A stretch of DNA of 50,922 nucleotides. Origin: a virus. Its lineage: Duplodnaviria > Caudoviricetes. Position 1 is the stretch's first letter, and each line of letters begins with the position of its first letter. Below, piece after piece: positions 7,472 through 17,748 of this stretch. The notes under the pieces are model-generated. The model made no database searches and was not told where the DNA came from. It was given only the letters and a program-made list of their open reading frames with translations. A program made the translations under genes and the position numbers. The stretch spans positions 1 through 50,922 of IMG/VR virus record IMGVR_UViG_3300025508_000027; one strand, written 5' to 3'.

Positions 7472-10400
7472 GTAGCTGTTCGTATTGTTTGTTAAACTGC
7501 ATCAACAGGCTCCTCTCTTTCTCGTATAGTTCGTAGATCCTGTTCTGTTTCTCAACGTAGTTCTTAATATCTCTTGCTTCTTTACGTAGCTTACGAAGTC
7601 TCTTGATCTTCTTCTCTGTTGACTTGCGAGCAGACTCTAGCTTCATTATACCTTTGTATCGCTTGTCGTTCTTGTCTTCTGCTTCTTTTCTCTCTTTATA
7701 CAGTTGAGAAACTAAATTAGCATTGTCGGTGTAAGTGTCTGAGTCATAGTACTTTGACGCCTCACCATACAGCTTTCTTAAGAACGGGAAGTCGTTTGCC
7801 TTCATAGGCACCTTCTCTCCCTCCTTGATCGTTTCGAAGAGGTCTTTACCTGTACCAAGGGATCGAGTAATGAACTGACCAGCACCACCGATGTAGTACT
7901 CAAATCCGTACCAAAACTTGTCTGGGTTAAAGTCTGCCGATCCTGGAACCTGCTCGCTTCCACCTGTAGCTTCGTTTATCCACTTAAAGAAATTTCTAAC
8001 CCCTTCAGGTGATCGGTATGACATCTCAGCCTGTGGCTTAGGCGCACCCACTGGGAACTGCTCCCTGTATACAGAGCTACCGAAATAAGTTTCATTTACA
8101 GCAATGTCAACGAATGGCTTCAGTATAGTTGGCGATGCACCTTTAGCTAGGTACTTTGCCGCGTCCTTGGATTGACCGAAGCTGATTGGAGAGAACGAAC
8201 TGAACGCAGAGTTCAACAAGAACATACCAGCATCTAATGGCTCCCTCTGTCCGTTAGCAGCCTCAGCCATAGAGCTACCCATGTTTGCAAATACGTTGAA
8301 GCCGTATGGAAGAGGTATCTTGAAGTAGTTCTTTCCGCTATACATGATGATCAGGTTACGCTCCTTCTCGTAGTCTGGAATCTTTTCATAGAAAGAAACC
8401 CCATCCTCGTCGTCGTCACTCATCGCAATGTTGACCATCGTAAGCATACCAGTAGTCAGGGACAGCCCAAAGGCCATCTTCTGGGCTCCGTTAAGTCGAT
8501 TAAACCAGGACTCAAGCTCTCCGTTAGGTTTACGTACATCCTTCAGGGTACCAAGTGATCGAGCAAGCCTTACAGTACCCTGTACAGATGCGTTGAAGAA
8601 CATGTACCATGCGTTAGCCATTGGTCCGAGCTCACCTGATCTGTTGAAGTTCACCGTGATGTTCTTGGAAAGCTCTGCCGCCTTCTCTCTGCTTACCCCC
8701 GCCTTTCTAGCTTCGATATATGCTGCAAGACGAACAGAGTTCTCAAACGCATCATTTACGTTCTCAATAACCTCTATGCTGTTCTTAGCCATCCATTCGG
8801 ATGCTTTCTTGGCTTTGCTCTTCTCGTTGATCTCTGACTCGATCTCAGCTGCAATCGTACCTACGTCTTTTACAAATCCCCATCCCGTCTGACCGCCATC
8901 CTCTTTAAACTCCTCGAAGTATGCGGCCATCTCTGAAGGCAAGTCCTTACCTACTGCATTCTTAAGTAGGGCTGGAAGGGTTTGCTTCACACGGGTCATC
9001 ACCTTGGCTGCGATGTGGCGCCCTGGAATCTGACCGCCTGGAATGTCTGCCTCCGCCATAGCATTAAACAACGCTGACTGGATGTCCCTCGCAAAGTTGG
9101 AGATTATGAATTCAGGGTTAGCCGTTGTGAATGAGCGTCTTAGGAAGCCAGAGAACCTACGCATAGCCTTACTGAAAAGGTCAAGCTTCTCAACCCCCAT
9201 GTTCTTCAACGACTTAGCCATGTCTGGATTGGCAAACACAATGAATTGTTGCTCACCATTTACTCTTACGCCCACCGCGCTCTGCGCATCGAACGGAACC
9301 TCCTTAGCGAGTCTCCACACCTTAGGGTTAGGGTTATCTTTTACGAGATTGTAAAGTGATGATAGTGCTTCGTTCTTACGTGCTTTGGCGTGTACAGCTG
9401 CGTTCTGTGCAATGGCCTGTGCGAGTACATTCTGTGCTTCGCTCTTACGACCTCTTGCCCGCTTCGTTGTATCTCCGTATACGCTCATGCCTGCTCCGCC
9501 TGTTGGGTAGAGCGAGGTGTCTGCGTTTTGTTCATCCAAAGCCAAACCTCCAAGAGGTACGTAGTTTTGGAACATAGCTTCAAAAGCGTCGATAGTGGAC
9601 TTTTCTTCGAGCCCGAAGTCTACCATAGTCTTTCTAGTATCCGCTGTTATGGCATCAACCTTAGCGGCTACTGACTCAAGAGCAGCTTTCTTTTCGGTCG
9701 AAAGGCTGTTCATGATCTCGTCAGCCCTCTCGTTGGTCATACCACTACCAGCCTCGTCTTTACCTTCTGTACGCTCTGAAATGACAGCATTACGTTCTTT
9801 CGCGTGTCTTGCGATGAGATACTCCGATACATCTTCTGAGTTAAGACCTTTGTCCTTCATCTCTAGAGAGATGTCTTTTACCTTACCGTCCAGCTTGTCA
9901 AGATCGTTGGCTGTCTTACCGTAAAGAAGAGCCTCAGCATTGATGAAATCCTTGCTCAGGTCAACCACTTTACCTTTAGCTGACTCGATAGCTTTTTGCA
10001 TACGCATAACGTTTGCATACTTGTTGGCGAACAGCTGATCCATACGAGCCATGAAAGCCTGGAATCCGTTTAGGTTGTTAGGCTCAAAAGGGAGTTCAGT
10101 TTGATTGTCTAGGCTTAATCCTAAGTCTCTTGATTCTCTAACCACTACCTCTGCGGTTCGTCTCGTCTCATTTTTACTTTTAATGCCTTGGGCTTTACTG
10201 TCTTTATCAATACGCACGGTGGAGTTATCTGGATCAAAAGCCCTGCCTCTAATTCCAATAGCCACCTGTGTGTTCATCAATCCTTGCTGCTCGCTTTCAG
10301 ATTTTTTTCTTAAGTCAACATTTTCATCAACCAAGCCTTGACTTTTGTCTTTTGACAGTCTCTTATACTTCCCCCCAAACACCTCCGCAACGTGATAAGC

Positions 10401-13400
10401 TTTAGTCGGTATCTTGGTTTGAGGTAATGGAACTTTGTTTCCGTTCCTGTCTTCTAGTTGAGCTCCGTCAACAATCTTTCCGTCAACAACAGCAGCAGGA
10501 ACAATTAAACCTTGAAACGGATTATCTTTATTGGAATCAGTTCTGGATATAAACCCTTCTATTTTAGCCCTGGCGGTTTTACCCTTTTTATTGTACTTAA
10601 ATGGTATTACAGTATAGGCGACAATTTCCCCTTTTTCAACTCCCGCTTTTTGCCATATTGAATCATTGTGCTTGTTTAAAAAAAGAGTTTTAGAAATAGT
10701 TCGATCTTTAAACAAAGACTTCGCTATTTCAGTTCTTTGATTAAAGCTGAAAGCCCTGGAATTTTCACCAATCAGCTGAGAAATTTCATTGTACTGGTCA
10801 TCAGTAAGCACTACATCTTCGCCAGTTTTTATCAAGTCAAACACACTTTCGAGTCCAGTTCCTCCTTCAAGTAAGTTTCGAACGCTATTCTTTAGGGGTG
10901 CGTCTTTCTTAAAAGAAGAGTTTAAGAAATCAATAAGCCTTTGCTTTTCTACAAATCGCTTTAACGAACCATCTCTAGATTTGTATCTACCCAAAAACAT
11001 ATCGCTAAACACAAGAGGGTTACCCAAGGTTGAGTCAGGGCTTAACAAGGTTTGGTAAACGGTTATATATCCTATGTCCCCGTCTTTCATCCCTTTGGCT
11101 TCTTCAAGAGCCATTCTAATTAACGTAGCTTCAATAGCCTCGGCCTTAGCCCTGTCTATGTGAGCTGATATCAAGGAAACGCCTCTTTTCACCAAATCTG
11201 CAACCCCAGACTTATCCTTAGTTTGATCAAAGCCTACCGCAAAAGCTGAAGTGTTTTGAGTATCAGCCTGCATAGTACCTCTATTCGCTTCTTTTCCAAG
11301 AAACTCTTCTGGCTCTACGTTTAATACACGAGCCTCTAAACCTTCTGATAGGTTTGTTTTTCCCTGAGCAACGCTATCGCCGTCGCCTGCCTGATCAATG
11401 GGTATAAAATCTGAATGAGCCTCTATAGTAACCGATCCGTCACCGTTGTTTCGAATGCTGTATGCAAACTCACCTGCTTGATTCTTAGGAATTAAGAAAG
11501 CGAAGTCCTCCATAGTGCTACGGACGGCATCCCCGTACTCGTTTTGAGACTGCATGTTTCTCAACCCTTCCGTGAAGATGGTGTCGCTAAACACTACTGG
11601 CAACTCAGACTTACTTTCTATTTCAGAGCCACGACTATTAACAAACACCTCGGTTCGACTCTCTTTTCTGCCTCCTCTTTTGCTTAACCCGACCACCTCC
11701 AATATACTTCTCGCTAATGACTCAGTAGCGCTATCCCTGTCTGAAGAACTGGAGCGACGATCCGCAGCTCTTTGGTTAGCGGTAAATTTCATCTCAAATG
11801 GAGTTTGTAGCTTTGGCTCCATGTCAACTACCTCACCTGTAGACTTATCTACTTTAGGTCTTGGTGGGTTAATTTTTTTTGCTTGTCCGTTTTCACCTAC
11901 GTAAGTAAAGCTACCAAGAACGTTACCTCTTTTGCCGTTTCCAGTCTCCTTAATCCACCAGTTTCTGAAGTGCCAGTAATCATTAACAAACACCTCATCA
12001 TACAGCTGATATTGTTCACCCATTTTGTTAAGAAAAGTCTTAGCGTATCTAACTTTCTTTCGGATAAGGTCTGGGTAAGCTGTTGACTTAAAACCTCCTC
12101 TGTTCATTCCTAGGTCTCTTGCGTCCATATCTGCCCCTTGGGACACCCTACCCCCTTCGAACTCTACTCCGCTTCTCTCAGCGGCTCTAAATTGACGCAC
12201 AAAGCCTTGTAAGTCGCTTTCGGTAATCTGTTCTTTTAACCCTAGCAATCTTCTGAAGAAGTTTGCAATCTTCTGTATTGTTGACTGTCTAGCCTCTAAG
12301 GAGGTGCTGTCAAGAGCGTACTCTAATATGTTTACTATTTTCTCCTCTATTAGACTCTCAGAATCGTAATCAGAGTAAGTTTCTTCTACGGCCCTTTCGA
12401 TATTCCTAGCGTTAATGCCTCTAATTGACCTTAGCTCTTCTAAGAACTGTTGCTTTTGCTGAGGTGTAAACGTCATAAACGCAGCATGCAGAAACTCGTG
12501 CCTAACCGTATTAGTCCCTGTACCAGCTTTTTCTAGGTTTATGTGTACGGTTTTACCCTGTCTAAACATACCCAACGACGTCGCTCCTGTAGCGTTAAAG
12601 AAGCTTTGCTCTGTAGTGTGTACAACAGCATTAATACCCAAAGGCTTAAAAGCCTTGAGAAGGTTGTTTACCCTACCCACAACGTCTCTATACTTAGCGG
12701 CAAGGGGTTGACCCTCCAAAGCTGTTGGGCTCATGAGGTTATTAGCATCACCCTCTACCCCTTCAATAGGCGCATCTTCATCTCTTTGCATGCCAGAGTC
12801 CTCCTGCGTCTCACCTTCCTGGTCCTGCGCGTCGTCGTCTGTATTCTGCTCAGGAGAGTTTGCTTCTTGAGCCACCTCGAAGGCTTCTCGCTGGGCCTCC
12901 ATCTGACCGTCAACCTCTCTCTGAGCAATTACGTCTGGATCTGACTCTATCTTCGCTCTATGAGTTTTCTCTTTAGTCTCTCTCTCCTTGTTTACTTTGT
13001 CAAACTCCTGCTTGTACAGCTCATCTAACCCCTCAACACCAGCAGATTTAGCCGCTTCTGTTTCTAGCTGTTGCTTCTTTTCTACTAAAGACTTGATCTC
13101 CTGGACTATAGCTCCCTGAAACTCAGGGTCATTTGATGCTTTGTGCTGTTGAACAAGAGCGCTTATAGCTCCTTGAGTCCTAGCGATCTCATCAAACCTT
13201 TCTGGGTCTGCCTGAGCCATTACGTTGTACGCCCTAGCCATAGCCGACTGACTAGCCGTAAACTTTTTAGTGGCAATCTCAAGACGCTTCATAGCGTCCT
13301 TCTTGGCGGTCTGCGTGACTGCCTTATTAACAGCCTCAGCTGCCTTTGCCTGCTCCTTCTTGGCTTCAATAGAGGTTTTGTGCATTGTAGCAAGAGTTGC

Positions 13401-15146
13401 CTTTGCAGCACCCCCCACTGTCCCGCTAAGACCTCCAGCAATTCCACCCATAAGCAGACCAGCTGTCGCACCTTCGATAACTTTTCTTCTGAACTCACCG
13501 TCGTCAAAGTAAGCTGACTCGTCACCCCCCTTTATTCTAGCTGATATTTCGTTTCTGTACTGAATCGCAGCGGTAGCACCCTCTGCAAAGACCTCTTCGG
13601 TAGCTCCCAGTAGAGTAGACCTAACTATATTCTTTGCGTATTCTTTTATTGCGCCGCGCTCAGCAGTTAGTATGTTTCGCGTCATTTTGCCTGGACCGAA
13701 ACCTCTAGCAAATATATTCCCCAAAACCATACCAGAAGCTACTTCAGCTCCAGCTTGGATTCCCAGGTATGTAAACCTTTCGGTACCGCTAAGGTTGTCG
13801 TACCAGTCCTGCCCTACGTTATCTGAGTGCATCTGAGACGCAACAAGAGCGTCAGACACAAAGAAAGCCCCTGCTTGGTTTATCCTTCTCTGAGCCTTTA
13901 CAGATTCAGAAAGTATGTAATCAACACGATCATCCATAGCTTTTGCCGCCTTGTTTGACATAAAGCGCTTCGTGTTGGGGTCTCGAACAACCTTACTTCC
14001 TTCTTTTCTTAATGCCTTCTTTCCAGCTTTCTCGGTAGCGCGTTTAGCCATACCTTTAGTCGTTCTTTTGAGCAAGCCTTTAGCTATAGCTGAACCTCCA
14101 GCTAGGTCTAAAAGCAATGGGGCAGACTGAACCAATTGATCCATTCCAGCGCCAAAAAGCTGTCCAGCGGTAGCCTCTGTAACCCCGCCTCTATCCATAA
14201 TCTGTTGAAAGTCAATGGTTCGAAGAGGACCTTGCGAGGAAGCGTAAAGCTGTCTTCTTGCTTCGGGACTAGAGAAAGATGCCCAGAATAAAGGGTCATC
14301 AAACCCAACGCCTAAAGCTCCTTCTTTTTCAAACCTTTGAAGCCTTTCGTAGCCAGTCTCTACCTCTCCTGACTCTTGCCTGGCTAAAAACTCCTCATCT
14401 TTTTTAGATGGATCTCCTCCAGCCAAATCGTATATAGCGTTAGCTGTTCCTAGAGCGCTGTCAGCCACTTCATTCATGGCGTTATTAAACAGCCTTCCAG
14501 TTTTTCTAACTGTGTTACCTACAAAGCTATCGGTGTAAAGGTCACCAACCTGCCCGCTTTCGTTGAAGTCTATCTTAGCCCCTCCTGTCTCGTTGTAAAA
14601 GGCTGTCTCGAACTGCTGCTGCTTCTCTGGGTCGTTCTTTATAAAGTCAGGGAGTATCTCGTTAAGACCCTTCCCCATTTCTGGGAACTTAAAAGAGTTT
14701 TGAAACGTAAGACCATACTCATCATACATGGCCTTCAATGCATCATCTTTTGACTTAGGGTTAGAGAAACTAAAGCTGTTGTAGTGATTTTCCTTGTCCG
14801 CAAACTGATTGTAGTTCGTAGCTCTCATAGCTTCGATTTCTACAGAGTCTGGGTTTTCTTTTCCCTCAAGGCTTTTAAAAAAACTCTCTGAATCCATTCC
14901 GCCCAGCTCAAGAATCTTGTTTACCCCCGCTGTCGTAGCTTTTTGCTCAATAGCTCCAAACTGTTCGTTAGACAGTAGGTTTTGTATTTCTTGACTGTAA
15001 TCCCCTAGGTTGTATTCTTTTTCGCCATCAACAGCCCTGTAAGTAGCCGTTGGCCCCTTCATCATGTCAAGTACGTGCCGAACCTGTCTTGCATGAGCTT
15101 CATCCATACCCCTTGTGTATGCTGAGTACTTGTTGTTTTCTGGCAT
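7458..15146 (-). CDS. Giant putative ejection (internal virion) protein of the polyvalent type, with a zincin HExxH domain and C-terminal LPD38-like region
   Basis: About 2560 aa. VRHEFLHA at 12486-12500; NPEFIISNFARD, KNITVNFNRSG, YMFFNASVQG and KIPLPYGF motifs; Gly/Ala hydrophobic helices. Start placed at the ATG one nt after the upstream TAA. Confidence 0.75.
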   Translation of the reverse strand: MPENNKYSAYTRGMDEAHARQVRHVLDMMKGPTATYRAVDGEKEYNLGDYSQEIQNLLSNEQFGAIEQKATTAGVNKILELGGMDSESFFKSLEGKENPDSVEIEAMRATNYNQFADKENHYNSFSFSNPKSKDDALKAMYDEYGLTFQNSFKFPEMGKGLNEILPDFIKNDPEKQQQFETAFYNETGGAKIDFNESGQVGDLYTDSFVGNTVRKTGRLFNNAMNEVADSALGTANAIYDLAGGDPSKKDEEFLARQESGEVETGYERLQRFEKEGALGVGFDDPLFWASFSSPEARRQLYASSQGPLRTIDFQQIMDRGGVTEATAGQLFGAGMDQLVQSAPLLLDLAGGSAIAKGLLKRTTKGMAKRATEKAGKKALRKEGSKVVRDPNTKRFMSNKAAKAMDDRVDYILSESVKAQRRINQAGAFFVSDALVASQMHSDNVGQDWYDNLSGTERFTYLGIQAGAEVASGMVLGNIFARGFGPGKMTRNILTAERGAIKEYAKNIVRSTLLGATEEVFAEGATAAIQYRNEISARIKGGDESAYFDDGEFRRKVIEGATAGLLMGGIAGGLSGTVGGAAKATLATMHKTSIEAKKEQAKAAEAVNKAVTQTAKKDAMKRLEIATKKFTASQSAMARAYNVMAQADPERFDEIARTQGAISALVQQHKASNDPEFQGAIVQEIKSLVEKKQQLETEAAKSAGVEGLDELYKQEFDKVNKERETKEKTHRAKIESDPDVIAQREVDGQMEAQREAFEVAQEANSPEQNTDDDAQDQEGETQEDSGMQRDEDAPIEGVEGDANNLMSPTALEGQPLAAKYRDVVGRVNNLLKAFKPLGINAVVHTTEQSFFNATGATSLGMFRQGKTVHINLEKAGTGTNTVRHEFLHAAFMTFTPQQKQQFLEELRSIRGINARNIERAVEETYSDYDSESLIEEKIVNILEYALDSTSLEARQSTIQKIANFFRRLLGLKEQITESDLQGFVRQFRAAERSGVEFEGGRVSQGADMDARDLGMNRGGFKSTAYPDLIRKKVRYAKTFLNKMGEQYQLYDEVFVNDYWHFRNWWIKETGNGKRGNVLGSFTYVGENGQAKKINPPRPKVDKSTGEVVDMEPKLQTPFEMKFTANQRAADRRSSSSDRDSATESLARSILEVVGLSKRGGRKESRTEVFVNSRGSEIESKSELPVVFSDTIFTEGLRNMQSQNEYGDAVRSTMEDFAFLIPKNQAGEFAYSIRNNGDGSVTIEAHSDFIPIDQAGDGDSVAQGKTNLSEGLEARVLNVEPEEFLGKEANRGTMQADTQNTSAFAVGFDQTKDKSGVADLVKRGVSLISAHIDRAKAEAIEATLIRMALEEAKGMKDGDIGYITVYQTLLSPDSTLGNPLVFSDMFLGRYKSRDGSLKRFVEKQRLIDFLNSSFKKDAPLKNSVRNLLEGGTGLESVFDLIKTGEDVVLTDDQYNEISQLIGENSRAFSFNQRTEIAKSLFKDRTISKTLFLNKHNDSIWQKAGVEKGEIVAYTVIPFKYNKKGKTARAKIEGFISRTDSNKDNPFQGLIVPAAVVDGKIVDGAQLEDRNGNKVPLPQTKIPTKAYHVAEVFGGKYKRLSKDKSQGLVDENVDLRKKSESEQQGLMNTQVAIGIRGRAFDPDNSTVRIDKDSKAQGIKSKNETRRTAEVVVRESRDLGLSLDNQTELPFEPNNLNGFQAFMARMDQLFANKYANVMRMQKAIESAKGKVVDLSKDFINAEALLYGKTANDLDKLDGKVKDISLEMKDKGLNSEDVSEYLIARHAKERNAVISERTEGKDEAGSGMTNERADEIMNSLSTEKKAALESVAAKVDAITADTRKTMVDFGLEEKSTIDAFEAMFQNYVPLGGLALDEQNADTSLYPTGGAGMSVYGDTTKRARGRKSEAQNVLAQAIAQNAAVHAKARKNEALSSLYNLVKDNPNPKVWRLAKEVPFDAQSAVGVRVNGEQQFIVFANPDMAKSLKNMGVEKLDLFSKAMRRFSGFLRRSFTTANPEFIISNFARDIQSALFNAMAEADIPGGQIPGRHIAAKVMTRVKQTLPALLKNAVGKDLPSEMAAYFEEFKEDGGQTGWGFVKDVGTIAAEIESEINEKSKAKKASEWMAKNSIEVIENVNDAFENSVRLAAYIEARKAGVSREKAAELSKNITVNFNRSGELGPMANAWYMFFNASVQGTVRLARSLGTLKDVRKPNGELESWFNRLNGAQKMAFGLSLTTGMLTMVNIAMSDDDEDGVSFYEKIPDYEKERNLIIMYSGKNYFKIPLPYGFNVFANMGSSMAEAANGQREPLDAGMFLLNSAFSSFSPISFGQSKDAAKYLAKGASPTILKPFVDIAVNETYFGSSVYREQFPVGAPKPQAEMSYRSPEGVRNFFKWINEATGGSEQVPGSADFNPDKFWYGFEYYIGGAGQFITRSLGTGKDLFETIKEGEKVPMKANDFPFLRKLYGEASKYYDSDTYTDNANLVSQLYKERKEAEDKNDKRYKGIMKLESARKSTEKKIKRLRKLRKEARDIKNYVEKQNRIYELYEKERSLLMQFNKQYEQLRGKD

Positions 15147-15147
15147 A

Positions 15148-17748
15148 TTATGTTGTTTTTCCGTCAATGTTGATGTCGGAGCTCATAGCTTCAATATCCT
15201 CTTCTGAAACAGCGTTAACATTTATACGCCTAACGTCTTGGACCTGTTCGTATGGGTAGGTAGTTATATTTAATGAATCCTGCTGATTCCCCCCAAGAAT
15301 AAGTACATTTCCATTTTCGTCATACCCAGCAAAGAAACCAACATGCCATTGAGGTCCTTCCTTTTTGATCACGACATCACCAATCCTTGCGTCATAACGC
15401 CCATCAGACTCAGAAACACCTTCACCAATTGCTAGATACTTCTCTGCCCTTCCTAGGTTGTAAGGATCGTCCTTCTCCGTTCCCCCCTTGGTCCGAACGG
15501 AAGAGAAATCAAAGTCAGGGTCTGCTCGCATGATCATGTCGGCACACCAGTACCCACACCAGGGGGGTACAGGGTCAGTCGCTGTACCAGCGTTTATAGC
15601 GTTCTTTTGACTTTCAAACAGAGAGTCTTTTATGGCGGGTCCAACCACACCTGAAATCAGATCTGCAATAGTTTTCTCCATTTCGGATTCCAGAACGCCT
15701 GGCTTTATAATTCCAAGAAGAGTTTGCTTTGTTGCTTCTCTTTTCTCTTCTATTGGTGCGTCTACACTAACCTCAACTGCCTCTCCAGAATCAATAGAAG
15801 CTTCTATTACTGAAGCGGCTTTAGGGGCTCTGTCTTTTATTGGCTCAAGATTAACATTAACAATACCTTTAGGTTCTATTTTTGGAAGTTCTACAATCAG
15901 ATCTGCTCCTTCGCCTTGAATTGCTGACGCTTTCTCAGTGTATCCGAGCGCGTCCCTCATTTTTTCGAGCTCCTTGGTGAACCTGACGTTCTCATCCATC
16001 TTGATTTTGACGCTCGGAGTGCTTTGCTTATTAGAGAGATCATTAAAATTGTTTTTCAATACATCAAGCTCTTCCTGAATAGCCTTATTCTGCTCCGTAG
16101 GGGTTAAGCCATCAATCTTCTTGGCTAATTTCTCAGCTGGAGTGCTTGATCTGAACCATCTGTCACCCTCTTTTATTTCTTTAAGGTACGAGTCAAACTC
16201 TTCGTTTGAAGAAAAACCCGAATCATTGCTTGAAATTACACTTAACCTTCCTTCAATCTCTTCTTTTTCTTTTCTCTTCTCTTGAAGCTTCGAAATAGTT
16301 TCAAGATCTTGATTGGCTTTTGGGTCTGAAGAAAGACTGCTTTCCAGTTGTTGAATTTCAAAATCCAGGTCTGCTACCTGAGACTCTAAGGTATCAGAAA
16401 CCTTAGCTTCTTCTTCTCCGCCTTCTTCTCCGCCTTCTTCTTCACCTTCTTTACCGCCTTTTTTTACTGTACCTTCGTTAACATTAGACGTGCCCTTCAA
16501 GTCTGTTTGTCTTGAAAGAAGATCAACCAACCCTGCCTCACCTCCTATCTGTGGTATAAGCGACCTACCAGCCCCTGTGGAAACTCCCACTGTCTCACTT
16601 TGAAGCTCACCGTCTATCTCATAAACCATAGTGAGCATGGTGTCGTCACCCTCTCCGCTAGCGTTTACGTAAGAGACGTTAACCGAACCCGCATTTGGAA
16701 GAGCAACCTCTGGCTTTACAGGTTTCTTAGTTTCAGGGTCTAATATTTGATAAGCGTTAACGGAGATGCCGTTTACCTCAACAGGAACAGAGCCAGAGCT
16801 AATCCTAGAAGAAGACATGTCAACCTGATAGTTGTCATTCCAGAAATCCTCAATCTCTTTAAGGTAACTTTCTTTTAATTCCGCTTGACCTCTAAGGTAA
16901 TCGCCTTTCTTTGTCGTTCCGTTTTCGTCTGTTACGTCGTTCTCAGCTACTTCAAGCCAACCTTCACCTGGTTGATCCTCATCTAGGCTGGCCCTGTAAG
17001 GCTGTTGTATGCTACCCTCCTTGGCTCCAAACATCCTTGATGCCTGTGAACGCGCCTGTTCTACGCTATTAAACTTTAAGTAATCCTCAGCAGGAATTAA
17101 GTAACTATCTTTTACTACCTCTGGTCTAAAAAGATAAGAAGGGTCTATGGCGGAAACGCTAGAAAGAACGTTTACTCTTTTGTCTGAAGGCACAAAGCTT
17201 CCGTCGCCTAAGTCAGACTCCATAAGTTCAAACCCCGTGATTGTGTAGTTTCCTGCACTGCCTTCAATTTGAATATCATCCAAACCTCCTTTTTCATAAG
17301 CTTTGTATCTCGCGTCGTAAACGTCTTTGTTACCAGCAAAAGCCTGACCGTCGGGAAGCGTTACAGATCCGTCAAGGTAGCCTCTGTATGTGTTAGCAGA
17401 TTTCTGACCTATTTCAGTGTTGCTTTTTGCTACATTGTAAATACCCCTTAGAGTATTAGTATCCTTTATAAGATCTTCTTTACTCTCGTATAATTCACTT
17501 GACTTAGAGTCTAAGTGACTCGATATCTTAGCCTGTAAATCAGTTATAACGGGAAGAAAGGCTGGATTTATTCCAGTGGTGTCAAAGCTGTAGGTTTCTG
17601 CTATTTGCTTTTCAAGAAATGCCTTGTTTCTATCTTCTTGAGCTAATTCAATATTAAGGTTCTGCTGCCTTCTCTGGTTTATAAGATTGGCTTGCTCCCT
17701 AAGCTTATCTGAATAGCTTACGCTTTCCCCTATTCTAGCTACTGGCAT
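15148..17748 (-). CDS. Putative ejection protein with a C-terminal CHAP/NlpC-P60-like (TIGR02594-type) peptidoglycan hydrolase
   Basis: PWCGYWC...IGDVVI...WHVGFFAG...VLILGGNQ.D motif set at about 15200-15570. Confidence 0.78.
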   Translation of the reverse strand: MPVARIGESVSYSDKLREQANLINQRRQQNLNIELAQEDRNKAFLEKQIAETYSFDTTGINPAFLPVITDLQAKISSHLDSKSSELYESKEDLIKDTNTLRGIYNVAKSNTEIGQKSANTYRGYLDGSVTLPDGQAFAGNKDVYDARYKAYEKGGLDDIQIEGSAGNYTITGFELMESDLGDGSFVPSDKRVNVLSSVSAIDPSYLFRPEVVKDSYLIPAEDYLKFNSVEQARSQASRMFGAKEGSIQQPYRASLDEDQPGEGWLEVAENDVTDENGTTKKGDYLRGQAELKESYLKEIEDFWNDNYQVDMSSSRISSGSVPVEVNGISVNAYQILDPETKKPVKPEVALPNAGSVNVSYVNASGEGDDTMLTMVYEIDGELQSETVGVSTGAGRSLIPQIGGEAGLVDLLSRQTDLKGTSNVNEGTVKKGGKEGEEEGGEEGGEEEAKVSDTLESQVADLDFEIQQLESSLSSDPKANQDLETISKLQEKRKEKEEIEGRLSVISSNDSGFSSNEEFDSYLKEIKEGDRWFRSSTPAEKLAKKIDGLTPTEQNKAIQEELDVLKNNFNDLSNKQSTPSVKIKMDENVRFTKELEKMRDALGYTEKASAIQGEGADLIVELPKIEPKGIVNVNLEPIKDRAPKAASVIEASIDSGEAVEVSVDAPIEEKREATKQTLLGIIKPGVLESEMEKTIADLISGVVGPAIKDSLFESQKNAINAGTATDPVPPWCGYWCADMIMRADPDFDFSSVRTKGGTEKDDPYNLGRAEKYLAIGEGVSESDGRYDARIGDVVIKKEGPQWHVGFFAGYDENGNVLILGGNQQDSLNITTYPYEQVQDVRRINVNAVSEEDIEAMSSDINIDGKTT
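16408..16450. repeat. Short tandem repeat encoding a GEEEGGEEGGEEE linker
   Basis: Repeated CTTCTTCTCCGC units. Confidence 0.6.
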
